In this document: positions 1 through 9,279 of the stretch, piece after piece
Numbering within the stretch: the first letter of the stretch is position 1
Layout: the number at the start of each line of letters is the position of its first letter
Assembly (NCBI GenBank): GCA_041690135.1
Contig: JAWLHY010000006.1
Location: 375,778-439,777 of the forward strand
DNA: 64,000 nucleotides
Source of the DNA: Armatimonadota bacterium
GTDB taxonomy: Bacteria > Armatimonadota > SYMT01
Direction: 5' to 3'
The notes under the pieces: generated by a model
Seen by the model: only the letters and a program-made list of their open reading frames with translations
Told to the model about the DNA's origin: nothing
Databases searched by the model: none
Program-made: the position numbers and the translations under genes

Positions 1-368
1 GATACGGAGCACCAAGCCCAGCCGGCGGCCTGGGTGCAGCCGCTAGCCTGCGCCAGGCCCTGGAGGGTCCGGCGACCGCGCTGGCTTCCAACCCATGGCT
101 GGAACAGCAACCACTGGCGGTAGCCGGAGTGAGGCCCGTCACTTCACATTCAGAGCGCGGAATGAGTTGGCGCTTGCGCGATTGCGAGGACCGCACCCTT
201 CCCATCAGTCCCCGGTTCACCCAGGGCTGGCAGTTGCTCGCCCTCAGCGGCGGGTATCCCGTCGGCGTGTTTGGCGAGTGGGATGGACGCCACCTGCTTC
301 CCCTCGCCGCCTGGACCCCCACTCACTACGTCACCTACCGTTCCGCGGAGAGTGGAAATGCCGCGTGA
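1..368 (+). CDS. C-terminal part of SWIM zinc-finger family protein (YehQ-like), 5' truncated by window edge
   Basis: Frame open from nt 3: ...ALASNPWLE...LLALSGGYPVGVFGEWDG..LLPLAAW, the typical C-terminus of the SWIM protein preceding DUF5691; stop overlaps next start. Confidence 0.75.
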   Translation, partial: YGAPSPAGGLGAAASLRQALEGPATALASNPWLEQQPLAVAGVRPVTSHSERGMSWRLRDCEDRTLPISPRFTQGWQLLALSGGYPVGVFGEWDGRHLLPLAAWTPTHYVTYRSAESGNAA

Positions 369-1914
369 ACTCTGGAAAACCCTGTTGGCCCAGGCATTGC
401 TGGGGACGGCGCGAAACAGTATGGAGGCGCCGCCCGCCGGAGGCCCTCTGGGCGAGGTGCTAACGCGACTGGAGGCGGGAGATCCCGAGGGGCGCTTGCT
501 GAAGACCGCGGGGGTGCTCTCCCTTTACCATCAGGCGGGATGGGAGCCGCCCCAGGATACTGCCGCGCTGCCGGATCCCGCACCAGAGGATGAGCGAGCG
601 TGTTGCTCCGCGGGTGCGGCGCAACATCTCGGGGCCATCCTATCCGGCCGCTTCACCGAAGTGCTTCCGGAGTGGCTGGAGGCGGCATCCACCGCTAGGG
701 TCCGGGCTCCGGAGTCGCTGCTGCCGGCGCTGTTGGACGAAGGCTCGAAAGGGCGCTGGAGCGGAGAGCGCCACCGGTTCTTGCCGGTGCTCGGCCATCG
801 CGGTTCCTGGCTCGCGCATCAGAACTCGGACTGGAGCTGGGCTACCCCCGCCGAAACCGCGACTACCGATGAAGAAGATCAACTCTGGCAGACCGGCGGA
901 CGTGAGGCCCGCGGACTGCTGTTGGAACGGGTGCGAGCCGCCGATCCGGAACGGGGACGCCGCATGCTCGAAAACACCTGGCGCGAAGACCCGGCGGCCG
1001 ACCGGGCCGCGTTCCTGGCCCGCCTCCAGGTGGGGCTGCAACCGGAAGACGAGCCGTTTCTGGAAAGCTGCCTCGATGACCGTTCCACCGAAGTCCGCCG
1101 GGCCGCCGCGGAACTGCTGGCACGGCTTCCCGGGTCCGCCTACTGCGCGCGGATGCTCGCGCGGCTGGAGGCATTGATCACTGCCGAGCGACTACAAGAA
1201 GGTCGGAACGTTTCACGCCTCTCGCTGGCGGTCACCCTCCCCCAGGAATTGGACCCGGGAATGAAGCGGGATGGGCTCTCACCGAACCCGCCCGGCAATT
1301 CCACGGTGGGGCGCCGCGGAGTCTGGCTGTCGGAGCTGTTGAGTGCGGTGCCGCCTTCCGCGTGGTACGACCGGTGGGAGGCTTCCCCGGCGGAGATCGT
1401 GGCGGCCGCCGTGCGCACGGAGTGGCGGAAGGCGCTGCTGGACGGCTGGAGCGTCGCAGCCCAGCGCTATCGGGATGCCGCTCTGGCCGAAGCGCTCCTA
1501 CGGCTGGGAATGGACGAGACTCCCTGGGGTGAATTGCTGGGGTTGCTCGCGCCGGAGACGGCGGAGGGGATTATCCTCGAGCAACTGCGCAAGGAGCACG
1601 GCCTCTTCGGCGAGTCGGAGGGCGCAAACCAGGTCTTTCACCTGCTCCGGGAACACCGCCGTCCCTGGAGCGCCCTCTTCACCCGGGAGATCCTCGCCGC
1701 GCTCCGGAGGAATGCACACCTGAAAACCGCCCGCAGCCACTGGTATCTGCGTTCGGAGTTGAAGAACTTCGCCCTTTACGCCTCTCCCGAGGTCGCGGAC
1801 GAGGCCCGCCAGGGCTGGCCCGAGGGAGATCAGAACCCCTGGGGGAACGCTCTCGAGAGTTTTCTCGATCTACTCCACTTCCGCAATGAAATGCTTCAGG
1901 AGCTGAGCCGATGA
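358..1914 (+). CDS. DUF5691 domain protein (HEAT-like helical repeats)
   Basis: ATG at 358 after GGAG; motifs ALLGT, LG.RG.WLA.QN.DW.W, DEPFLE..LDDRS..VR..AA.LL; operon context. Confidence 0.8.
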   Translation: MPRELWKTLLAQALLGTARNSMEAPPAGGPLGEVLTRLEAGDPEGRLLKTAGVLSLYHQAGWEPPQDTAALPDPAPEDERACCSAGAAQHLGAILSGRFTEVLPEWLEAASTARVRAPESLLPALLDEGSKGRWSGERHRFLPVLGHRGSWLAHQNSDWSWATPAETATTDEEDQLWQTGGREARGLLLERVRAADPERGRRMLENTWREDPAADRAAFLARLQVGLQPEDEPFLESCLDDRSTEVRRAAAELLARLPGSAYCARMLARLEALITAERLQEGRNVSRLSLAVTLPQELDPGMKRDGLSPNPPGNSTVGRRGVWLSELLSAVPPSAWYDRWEASPAEIVAAAVRTEWRKALLDGWSVAAQRYRDAALAEALLRLGMDETPWGELLGLLAPETAEGIILEQLRKEHGLFGESEGANQVFHLLREHRRPWSALFTREILAALRRNAHLKTARSHWYLRSELKNFALYASPEVADEARQGWPEGDQNPWGNALESFLDLLHFRNEMLQELSR

Positions 1915-2990
1915 CCGCCGTCCTGCGAGAACACGCCGAGTCCCAATTCGCCGAAGAGTTGCACGAGCTGGCACGCCATGATACCCGCACCCGGCCGCCG
2001 AACTGGAAACTGTCTCCTTGGGCCGTGTCCACCTATCTGCTCGGCGGGACACTGGAGAACGGGTTCGAGGTATCGCGGAAGTACTTCGGCAGCGCCCGTC
2101 TGATGCAGATCGCGGTGGCCACCCTCACGACCGACCGCGCCCTCCTGCTCCTCGGTGTGCCGGGAGTGGCCAAGTCGTGGGTGTCGGAGCACCTGGCCGC
2201 CGCCGTCTCGGGAGATTCAACCCTCATCGTTCAGGGCACGGCCGGCACCAGCGAGGAGGCGATCCGCTATGGTTGGAACTACGCCCGGCTGCTGGCGGAA
2301 GGTCCTTCGCGGCAGGCACTGGTCCCCAGCCCGGTGATGCGCGCCATGGAGGAGGGCAAGATCACCCGCGTCGAGGAGTTGACCCGGATCCCCTCCGACG
2401 TCCAGGACTCGCTGATCACCGTGCTATCCGAAAAGGCGCTCCCCATCCCCGAATTGAACGACGAGGTTCAAGCTACCCGCGGGTTCAACGTGATTGCCAC
2501 GGCCAACAACCGCGACCGGGGCGTCAACGAGCTCTCGAGCGCCCTCAAGCGACGCTTCAATACCGTGGTACTTCCGCTGCCGGAGAGCGTCGACGAGGAA
2601 GTGGAGATTGTCAGAACACGTGTCGAAAGCCTTGGGCGCACCCTCCAGTTGCCCGCCGAGCCGCCGGCCCTGGAGGAAATCCGCAAGGTGGTGACCATCT
2701 TCCGAGAACTGCGCGGCGGCGCCACCACCGACGGGAAGACCAAGGTCAAGACCCCCACCGGCACCCTCAGCACCGCGGAGGCGATTTCGGTCATCAACAA
2801 CGGTCTCGCCCTCGCCGGCCACTTCGGAGACGGTCGGCTCCGTGCCGCCGACCTCGCTTCCGGCCTCCTCGGAGCCGTGGTTCAGGACCCGGTCCAGGAC
2901 CGGGTCGTCTGGCTGGAATACCTGGAAACGGTGGTGAAAGAGCGGGAGGGCTGGCGGGACGTGTACCGGGCGTGCCGGGAAGTGAGCTGA
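1911..2990 (+). CDS. MoxR-family AAA+ ATPase (YehL-like)
   Basis: Walker A GVPGVAKS, Walker B RVEELTR, ATANNRDRGVNELSSALKRRF; ATGA overlap with upstream gene. Confidence 0.9.
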   Translation: MTAVLREHAESQFAEELHELARHDTRTRPPNWKLSPWAVSTYLLGGTLENGFEVSRKYFGSARLMQIAVATLTTDRALLLLGVPGVAKSWVSEHLAAAVSGDSTLIVQGTAGTSEEAIRYGWNYARLLAEGPSRQALVPSPVMRAMEEGKITRVEELTRIPSDVQDSLITVLSEKALPIPELNDEVQATRGFNVIATANNRDRGVNELSSALKRRFNTVVLPLPESVDEEVEIVRTRVESLGRTLQLPAEPPALEEIRKVVTIFRELRGGATTDGKTKVKTPTGTLSTAEAISVINNGLALAGHFGDGRLRAADLASGLLGAVVQDPVQDRVVWLEYLETVVKEREGWRDVYRACREVS

Positions 2991-2991
2991 G

Positions 2992-5298
2992 ATGCCGCGC
3001 CACCACGTCTTCGGGATCCGCCATCACGGACCCGGCTCGGCCCGCTCGGTCCGACGGGCGCTCGAGGAGCTCGGCCCCGATGTCATCCTGGTGGAAGGGC
3101 CCCCGGACGGCGAGGAGGTGCTGCCCCTCCTCGCGCATGCCGAGATGCAGCCACCGGTGGCCCTGCTCGTTTACGTTCCGGATCAGCCCCAACGCGCCGT
3201 CTACTACCCGTTCGCCGCCTTCTCTCCGGAATGGCAGGCGATCCACTTCGGGCTCTCCCACGGGATCCCCGTGCGGTTCATGGATCTGCCCCAGGCGCAT
3301 CGCCTCGCCCTGGAAGGGGAGCAAAGGGCGGGGAACCGGGAGCCATTGACAATTGACAATTGTCAATTGTCAATTGTCAATTCGGGTCCGTATCGCGACC
3401 CCGAGGAAGCGCAAACCGCTTCTGCCTTTGCCGCAGATCCGCTGGGGGCGCTGGCGGAGGCGGCGGGCTACAGCGACGGGGAGAGCTGGTGGGAGCACAT
3501 GGTGGAACACCGGCGCGACGGTACGGGGTTGTTTGCCGGAATCCTGGAGGCGATGACGGCGCTGCGAAGCTCTTTGCAGGGTGAGAACCCCGATCCTGAG
3601 GAGACACGGCTGGAGAGCCTGCGGGAAGCCTGGATGCGGCAGAGCGTGCGAGCGGCGCGGCGAGAAGGCTTCGAACGGATCGCCGTGATCTGCGGTGCGT
3701 GGCACGCCCCGGCGCTGGCGGATTTGCCGCCGGCCAGGGCGGACGCGGACCTGCTGAAGGGACTGCCAAAGGTCCGGGTGCAGGCGACCTGGGTACCGTG
3801 GACCCACGGCCGCCTCTGCACCGCCAGTGGCTACGGCGCGGGCGTGACCTCGCCCGGCTGGTATCACCATCTCTGGTCCTACGGCGGGAACGGCGCCACT
3901 GCCACCGACCTGGCCATCCGGTGGATGACTCGGGTCGCCCGGCTGCTGCGCGACGAGGATCTGGATGCCTCTTCCGCACACGTGATTGAGGCGGTACGGC
4001 TGGCGGAGGCCCTCGCGGCGCTTCGCGACCGTCCGCTCCCGGGTCTCCCGGAGCTCAACGAGGCGGCGTCCACCGTCCTATGCTTCGGCTCGGATGTACC
4101 GATGCGCCTCATCCACGAGCGCCTGGTCGTGGGGGAGAGGCTGGGGCGCGTGCCGGACGAGACCCCGATGGTCCCCCTCCAGCAGGACCTCCTCCGGGAG
4201 CAGCGTCGCCTGCGGCTGCCCGTGGAGGCCGCGCACCGCGACCTGGACCTGGACCTGCGAAAGCCCAACGACCTGGACCGCAGCCGGCTGCTCCACCGCC
4301 TGCGCCTGCTCGGGATCCCGTGGGGCGATCCGCAGCGGGCCCACGGAAAGAGCGGGACCTTCCACGAGTTGTGGCGTCTGCAGTGGAAGCCGGAGCTGGC
4401 GGTAGCGATCATCGAGGCGGCAGTGTGGGGCAACACGGTCCCGGAGGCGGCCGGCGCCCGCGTGCGGCACCGGGCGGACCACGCGGAGACCCTACCGGAG
4501 TTGACCGCCCTGGTGGATGCCACACTACTCTCGGATCTGCCCGACGCCATCGAGTATTTGATGGAACGGGTGCAGGCGGAAGCGGCGGTGGCCAGCGATA
4601 TGGGGCACTTGATGGACGCTCTTCCCCCATTGGCGAACGTGTTCCGATACGGCAACGTGCGCCGCACGGACTCCGATATGCTGGGACACGTGATCGAAGG
4701 CCTGGTCACCCGCATCTGTATCGGGCTGCCGGGGGCGTGCGCTTCCCTCAACGATGATGCCGCGCGCGAAATGCTGCAACGACTGGCGCGGGTTCACGAC
4801 TCGGTAACCCTGCTCCAGGATGAAGCGCAGCGCGCCCGGTGGCAAGCAACTCTCTACCGACTGCTGGACCTTCCGGGCCTGCATGGTCTCCTGGCGGGGC
4901 GGTCCTGTCGCCTGTTGCTCGATACCCGAGCCCTCGATCCCGAGGAGGCAGCCCGGCGCATGGGACTGGCCCTCTCACGCGCGGTCGAACCGGCCCACGC
5001 CGCCACCTGGGTCGAGGGTTTTCTCGCGGGGAGCGGTATGGTGCTTCTCCACGACGCCGGGTTGTGGGCGCTCCTGGACCGGTGGATCTCGGAATTGCCA
5101 CGGAGCACCTTTGACGAGCTGCTCCCGCTACTGCGGCGCACTTTCTCCACTTTCTCCACCGGTGAGCGGCGTGGTATGGGAGAGCTGGCGCGCCGGGGGC
5201 CCCGAGCCCAGGGCACTCTCGCGCCCGCGGAAGAAGATCTCGACCTGGCCCGCGCGGAAGCTGTTCTGCCCCTCCTCTCTCGCCTGTTGGGAGTCTGA
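2992..5298 (+). CDS. DUF5682 family protein (YehM-like)
   Basis: FGIRHHGPGSAR, EGPPD, FSPEWQA, CGAWHAPAL, SGYGAGV.SPGWY motifs. Confidence 0.88.
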   Translation: MPRHHVFGIRHHGPGSARSVRRALEELGPDVILVEGPPDGEEVLPLLAHAEMQPPVALLVYVPDQPQRAVYYPFAAFSPEWQAIHFGLSHGIPVRFMDLPQAHRLALEGEQRAGNREPLTIDNCQLSIVNSGPYRDPEEAQTASAFAADPLGALAEAAGYSDGESWWEHMVEHRRDGTGLFAGILEAMTALRSSLQGENPDPEETRLESLREAWMRQSVRAARREGFERIAVICGAWHAPALADLPPARADADLLKGLPKVRVQATWVPWTHGRLCTASGYGAGVTSPGWYHHLWSYGGNGATATDLAIRWMTRVARLLRDEDLDASSAHVIEAVRLAEALAALRDRPLPGLPELNEAASTVLCFGSDVPMRLIHERLVVGERLGRVPDETPMVPLQQDLLREQRRLRLPVEAAHRDLDLDLRKPNDLDRSRLLHRLRLLGIPWGDPQRAHGKSGTFHELWRLQWKPELAVAIIEAAVWGNTVPEAAGARVRHRADHAETLPELTALVDATLLSDLPDAIEYLMERVQAEAAVASDMGHLMDALPPLANVFRYGNVRRTDSDMLGHVIEGLVTRICIGLPGACASLNDDAAREMLQRLARVHDSVTLLQDEAQRARWQATLYRLLDLPGLHGLLAGRSCRLLLDTRALDPEEAARRMGLALSRAVEPAHAATWVEGFLAGSGMVLLHDAGLWALLDRWISELPRSTFDELLPLLRRTFSTFSTGERRGMGELARRGPRAQGTLAPAEEDLDLARAEAVLPLLSRLLGV
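3331..3382. repeat. In-frame heptamer repeat tract containing a perfect 30-bp palindrome (3345-3374)
   Basis: gggaacc gggagcc attgaca attgaca attgtca attgtca attgtca att; AT-rich patch in a GC-rich CDS. Confidence 0.9.
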
Positions 5299-5301
5299 AC
5301 G

Positions 5302-6483
5302 ATGAGCCTGCACACGGAAGATGAACGACTGCGACGCTGGCGCCTGGTACTGGGGGGAGAGTCGGCGGACGGAACCGGCTGCACGCTGCAAGGGGATGAC
5401 CTCGCCATCGACCGTGCCCTATCGGCCCTGTATGACGCCGAGAAGGGACCCGGCAGTCTGAGCGGGAGTGCTCCGAAGGTCGCTCGCTGGCTCGGTGACA
5501 TCCGCACCTATTTCCCGTCGTCCGTCGTCCGGGTGATGCAGCAGGACGCGCTGGAGCGGCTCGACCTCAAGCGGATGCTCCTGGAGCCGGAGATGCTGGA
5601 AGCAGTTGAACCGGATGTGCATCTCGTCGCCAACCTGGTCTCGCTCAGCAGCGTCATTCCGGAGCGCACGAAAGAGACCGCGCGGCAGGTGGTCCGCAAG
5701 GTAGTCGAGGATCTCCAGCGGCGGCTGGCGGAGCCGATGCGGCAGGCGGTGATGGGCAGCCTGAACCGGGCGGTACGCAACCGGCGGCCTCGACATTCCG
5801 AGATCGACTGGCACCGCACCCTCCGCGCAAACCTGAAGCACTATCAGCCGGATTACCGGACCGTTATTCCACACACCCGGATCGGCTTCGGTCGCAAACG
5901 CTCTGCTCTCCGCGACGTGGTCCTCTGCGTGGACCAGAGCGGCTCCATGGCCACTTCGGTAGTGTATGCCGGCGTGTTCGGCGCGGTGATGGCTTCTCTC
6001 CCGGCCCTCGCCACCCGCGTCGTGGTGTTCGACACCGCGGTGGTGGACCTGACCGCCGAACTGCACGACCCCGTCGAACTGCTGTTCGGGACCCAACTCG
6101 GCGGCGGCACTGATATCGCGCCGGCGCTGGCCTATTGCCAGGAACTGGTCCGCCGGCCCGAGGAGACGATCCTGGTACTGATTAGTGATCTCTACGATGG
6201 CGGGGCGCCCGGCAAGATGCTGGAACGCGTGCACGCGCTCGCAAGCGCCGGCGTGCAGGTCATCACTCTGCTGGCCCTCAGCGACGACGGGGCGCCGAGT
6301 TACGACCACCGCCACGCGGCCGCGCTCGCCGGGATGGACGTGCCCGTCTTCGCCTGCACCCCGGACCTCTTCCCCGAGTTGATGGCCGCGGCCATCCATC
6401 GCCAGGACCTGACCCAGTGGGCCGCGGCCCGCGGCATCGTCACCGCCCGGGGTGGGCAAGAGGACTCGCGGGTTACCCTGTAG
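5302..6483 (+). CDS. VWA domain protein (YehP/CoxE-like)
   Basis: MIDAS DQSGSM, GGGTDI, LISDLYDGG; N-terminal RRWRLVLG. Confidence 0.9.
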   Translation: MSLHTEDERLRRWRLVLGGESADGTGCTLQGDDLAIDRALSALYDAEKGPGSLSGSAPKVARWLGDIRTYFPSSVVRVMQQDALERLDLKRMLLEPEMLEAVEPDVHLVANLVSLSSVIPERTKETARQVVRKVVEDLQRRLAEPMRQAVMGSLNRAVRNRRPRHSEIDWHRTLRANLKHYQPDYRTVIPHTRIGFGRKRSALRDVVLCVDQSGSMATSVVYAGVFGAVMASLPALATRVVVFDTAVVDLTAELHDPVELLFGTQLGGGTDIAPALAYCQELVRRPEETILVLISDLYDGGAPGKMLERVHALASAGVQVITLLALSDDGAPSYDHRHAAALAGMDVPVFACTPDLFPELMAAAIHRQDLTQWAAARGIVTARGGQEDSRVTL

Positions 6484-6545
6484 ATATCTTCCTACTTCTG
6501 CATCCGCCGCACCTTCCCATGCCGTACCTGGGCCGGATGGACCGC

Positions 6546-6551
6546 TATAAT
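6546..6551 (+). promoter_or_regulatory. Putative sigma70 -10 box for htrA
   Basis: TATAAT about 70 nt upstream of ATG 6621. Confidence 0.45.
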
Positions 6552-6620
6552 AGTGCCGGACCGGGAGCCTCCAACGGCGCTAATCCCTGTGATGGTGAAA
6601 TAGACGGAAGTGAGTGGACG

Positions 6621-7754
6621 ATGAAAGCAAGATCCGGAAAAGCGGCGGTATACCTCCTGGTAGCGGTGGTCGGCGGCCTCGTGGGCGGGGTGGCGAGCCG
6701 AGCACTTGATCGCGGGACAGCGGGGCTGCGCCCGGCCGGGTCGGTACGTCCGTTCACGGAAGTCGTGGAGAGCGGACAGCCTGCGGTTATGGGTGAAACC
6801 GTGGTCCAGGTCGCCCGCAGTGTAGGGCCCGCCGTGGTGAGCATCGACACGGTCTCTCGCGCCGAAGGTCCGGGATTCTTCTTCGGTGGCCCGCAGGAGC
6901 GCGAGGGACAGGGTTCCGGCTTCGTCATCAACGGCCGGGAGCGCCTCGTCGTCACGAATAACCACGTCATCGAGGGGGCGCAGCGAATCCGCGTGAACTT
7001 CGCGGACGGCCGCTCCTTCGCGGCGCAGGTCGTAGGACGAGACGCCATCGGCGACATCGCACTCCTGCGCATCGAAGGAGAGGGGGAACTGCCCGAGATC
7101 AAGTTCGGCGACTCGGACAAGCTGGAGATCGGCCAGATCACCGTAGCGATCGGCAATCCTCTCGGCCTGGAACACACCGTCACCCAGGGCGTGCTGAGCG
7201 CCATCGGCCGCCAGTTGGACGGGCACGTGCAGGGCATCCCGCTGGATGACCTGATCCAGACAGATGCGGCCATCAACCCCGGCAACAGCGGTGGTCCTCT
7301 GCTGGATGCCTACGGCCGCGTCATCGGCATGAACACCGCCATCATTTCCCAGGCCCAGGGCATCGGTTTTGCCGTGGCCGCCAACCGCATCAAGCGAGCG
7401 GTGACGGACATCCTTGAGTACGGGCGCGTGGTCCGACCGTGGGTCGGCGTCTCCATGGCCGACCTGACGCCGGAAATCGCGACCCAACTCGGGGTCACTC
7501 CGGCCGACCGGGAGGGCGTTGTCCTCGCGAACGTGCGCTCCGGAGAGCCGGCGGCCAAGGCAGGGATGCGGATGGGTGACGTGATCACCGAGGCAAACGG
7601 GCGCCAGATCAAGAACAGCGAAGACCTGCGTGCCGTAATCCAGGGACTGAAGCCGGGAGCGCAGCTCACGCTGCTGGGTTACCGGGGTAATCAGGAAATG
7701 ACCTGGACACTATCCGTGGGCGAGATGCCACCGCCGGAACGACTGGGCCAGTGA
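6621..7754 (+). CDS. htrA: HtrA/DegP-like trypsin serine protease with one PDZ domain
   Basis: N-terminal TM, TNNHV, DIALL, IQTDAAINPGNSGGPL catalytic triad motifs, C-terminal PDZ. Confidence 0.92.
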   Translation: MKARSGKAAVYLLVAVVGGLVGGVASRALDRGTAGLRPAGSVRPFTEVVESGQPAVMGETVVQVARSVGPAVVSIDTVSRAEGPGFFFGGPQEREGQGSGFVINGRERLVVTNNHVIEGAQRIRVNFADGRSFAAQVVGRDAIGDIALLRIEGEGELPEIKFGDSDKLEIGQITVAIGNPLGLEHTVTQGVLSAIGRQLDGHVQGIPLDDLIQTDAAINPGNSGGPLLDAYGRVIGMNTAIISQAQGIGFAVAANRIKRAVTDILEYGRVVRPWVGVSMADLTPEIATQLGVTPADREGVVLANVRSGEPAAKAGMRMGDVITEANGRQIKNSEDLRAVIQGLKPGAQLTLLGYRGNQEMTWTLSVGEMPPPERLGQ

Positions 7755-7760
7755 TTCTGG

Positions 7761-7842
7761 AATTGCAAATTGAGAATTGGAGATTGCAAATAGCAAATTG
7801 GAACCCGGAGAGGGCACCGGGCATTGCAGGTTGCAGATTGCG
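7761..7842. repeat. Degenerate heptamer tandem repeats (AATTGCA type) between convergent genes
   Basis: aattgca aattgag aattgga gattgca aatagca aattgga (7761-7802) and cattgca ggttgca gattgcg (7822-7842). Confidence 0.85.
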
Positions 7843-7866
7843 GGAAAGCTCTGGGGCTTTTGGTAG

Positions 7867-9258
7867 CTACGGTTCCCGTAGGACGTAGCGGGCCAGGTGA
7901 ACCAGGGCGTTGATCCCGTCGTGATAGAGGGCGGACGCGGGCTCCTGTGCTTTGCCGGCGTGCGTGATGCGGGTCACGCCGGCTGCGGCCAGGAGATCGC
8001 TCAACCTTTCTCGACGCGGGGACGTTGCTTCCAGGGCCGCGGAGATCAACACGCCGCGCCAGGATGCGAGGTGCGCAGCCACCTCTTCTGCATCTTCGAG
8101 GGGGCGGAGGATCGCCGTGCGGTTCAGGGGAGAGGGGAAAAGGCCCGGCTCCGGTTCAACCACAACGGTCCAGGCGGTGCCTGGATCGCTGGCGTAGTAG
8201 CGGTACCGTTCGTCCGCTAGAGCCCGCATCTCCACTCCCGCCCGGTACTGATGGATGGCCGCCGCTTCATCCGTATCCAGCTTCCGCCGTGGGATCTCCC
8301 CCGCCAACTTCTCGAACGCCTCGGCCAGCGCCTCGGCGAACCTCTCCGGACTCACTTCCCCGCCGCGCTCGATGAACACCGCTTGTGGGGAGAGGCACCC
8401 CTGCTGATCGAAGAGACAGTAGTCCATCGCCACCGCCTGGGCCAGGCTGGAGAGGTCTGCCTCACCCAGCACTTCTCGCGTCAGGAGGGTGAAGCTGAGG
8501 CGATGGCCATACCCCACGAAGCGGGTGTGGGGCCGAAGTCGCGCGCGCACCGACGCGAGCGCCGGGTCGCTCCCGTAAACCACGACCGCGTCGGCCGCAT
8601 CAAACACCTTCGCTTCGATGGCGGTGTCTCCCCCATCCCAGCCGGTCACGGCGAGACCGGCGGCAAGCTCCGGATCGATTTCCGCCAGGGAGCGGGCGTA
8701 GAGGGGCAGGAGGACCGGCTCCTCACCACTGGTTTTGACCAGGAGTGGCGACTTGAGCAGCAGGAACTGCACCAGCGACGGCAGTGCCGCGCCGGGAATG
8801 TTGCCGCTGGCAATCAGTACTCCCAGCGAAGGACCGAAGACGCTCAGGTCGCCTCGTGGCACGGTCGTGAACCCGTCGAGGGCCGTGGGAAGAATGCCCG
8901 CCGCGTGGAACCATCCCTCCAGTTCCCGGCGATCGAGACTGGCGAACAACTGGCGGAGCGAGGCGTCGATGGAAGCGCGAGCGTAGCCCGTCGCCGCGTG
9001 GAGGGCCTCCACAGCTTCCCCTCGCAGTCTGCTTCCCGTCTTGGCCCACCTGCGATGGAGCGTATCCAGGCAAGCCAGGATCCTCTCTCGCGAGCAGGCT
9101 TGCAGTACCGGCCCCCGCGCCGCCAGTTCGGCGACAATGCGAGAGGCAAACTCCGGCGTCACGGTGGTGCGAAGATAACGGTAGCCGGTCCGGGTGACCC
9201 CCTCCGCGGGCGGGTTGCCGGGATCGAGTGAGGGTGGAAAGTACTGGGCGAGGAGCAT
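7867..9258 (-). CDS. luxC: Acyl-CoA/acyl-protein reductase (LuxC family)
   Basis: IASGNIPG, LLLKSP..VK.S, VYGSD, GYGHRLSF, catalytic FDQQGCLSPQ, HDG near C-terminus. Confidence 0.85.
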   Translation of the reverse strand: MLLAQYFPPSLDPGNPPAEGVTRTGYRYLRTTVTPEFASRIVAELAARGPVLQACSRERILACLDTLHRRWAKTGSRLRGEAVEALHAATGYARASIDASLRQLFASLDRRELEGWFHAAGILPTALDGFTTVPRGDLSVFGPSLGVLIASGNIPGAALPSLVQFLLLKSPLLVKTSGEEPVLLPLYARSLAEIDPELAAGLAVTGWDGGDTAIEAKVFDAADAVVVYGSDPALASVRARLRPHTRFVGYGHRLSFTLLTREVLGEADLSSLAQAVAMDYCLFDQQGCLSPQAVFIERGGEVSPERFAEALAEAFEKLAGEIPRRKLDTDEAAAIHQYRAGVEMRALADERYRYYASDPGTAWTVVVEPEPGLFPSPLNRTAILRPLEDAEEVAAHLASWRGVLISAALEATSPRRERLSDLLAAAGVTRITHAGKAQEPASALYHDGINALVHLARYVLREP

Positions 9259-9279
9259 CCGGGAACCTCTTGCGGCGCA

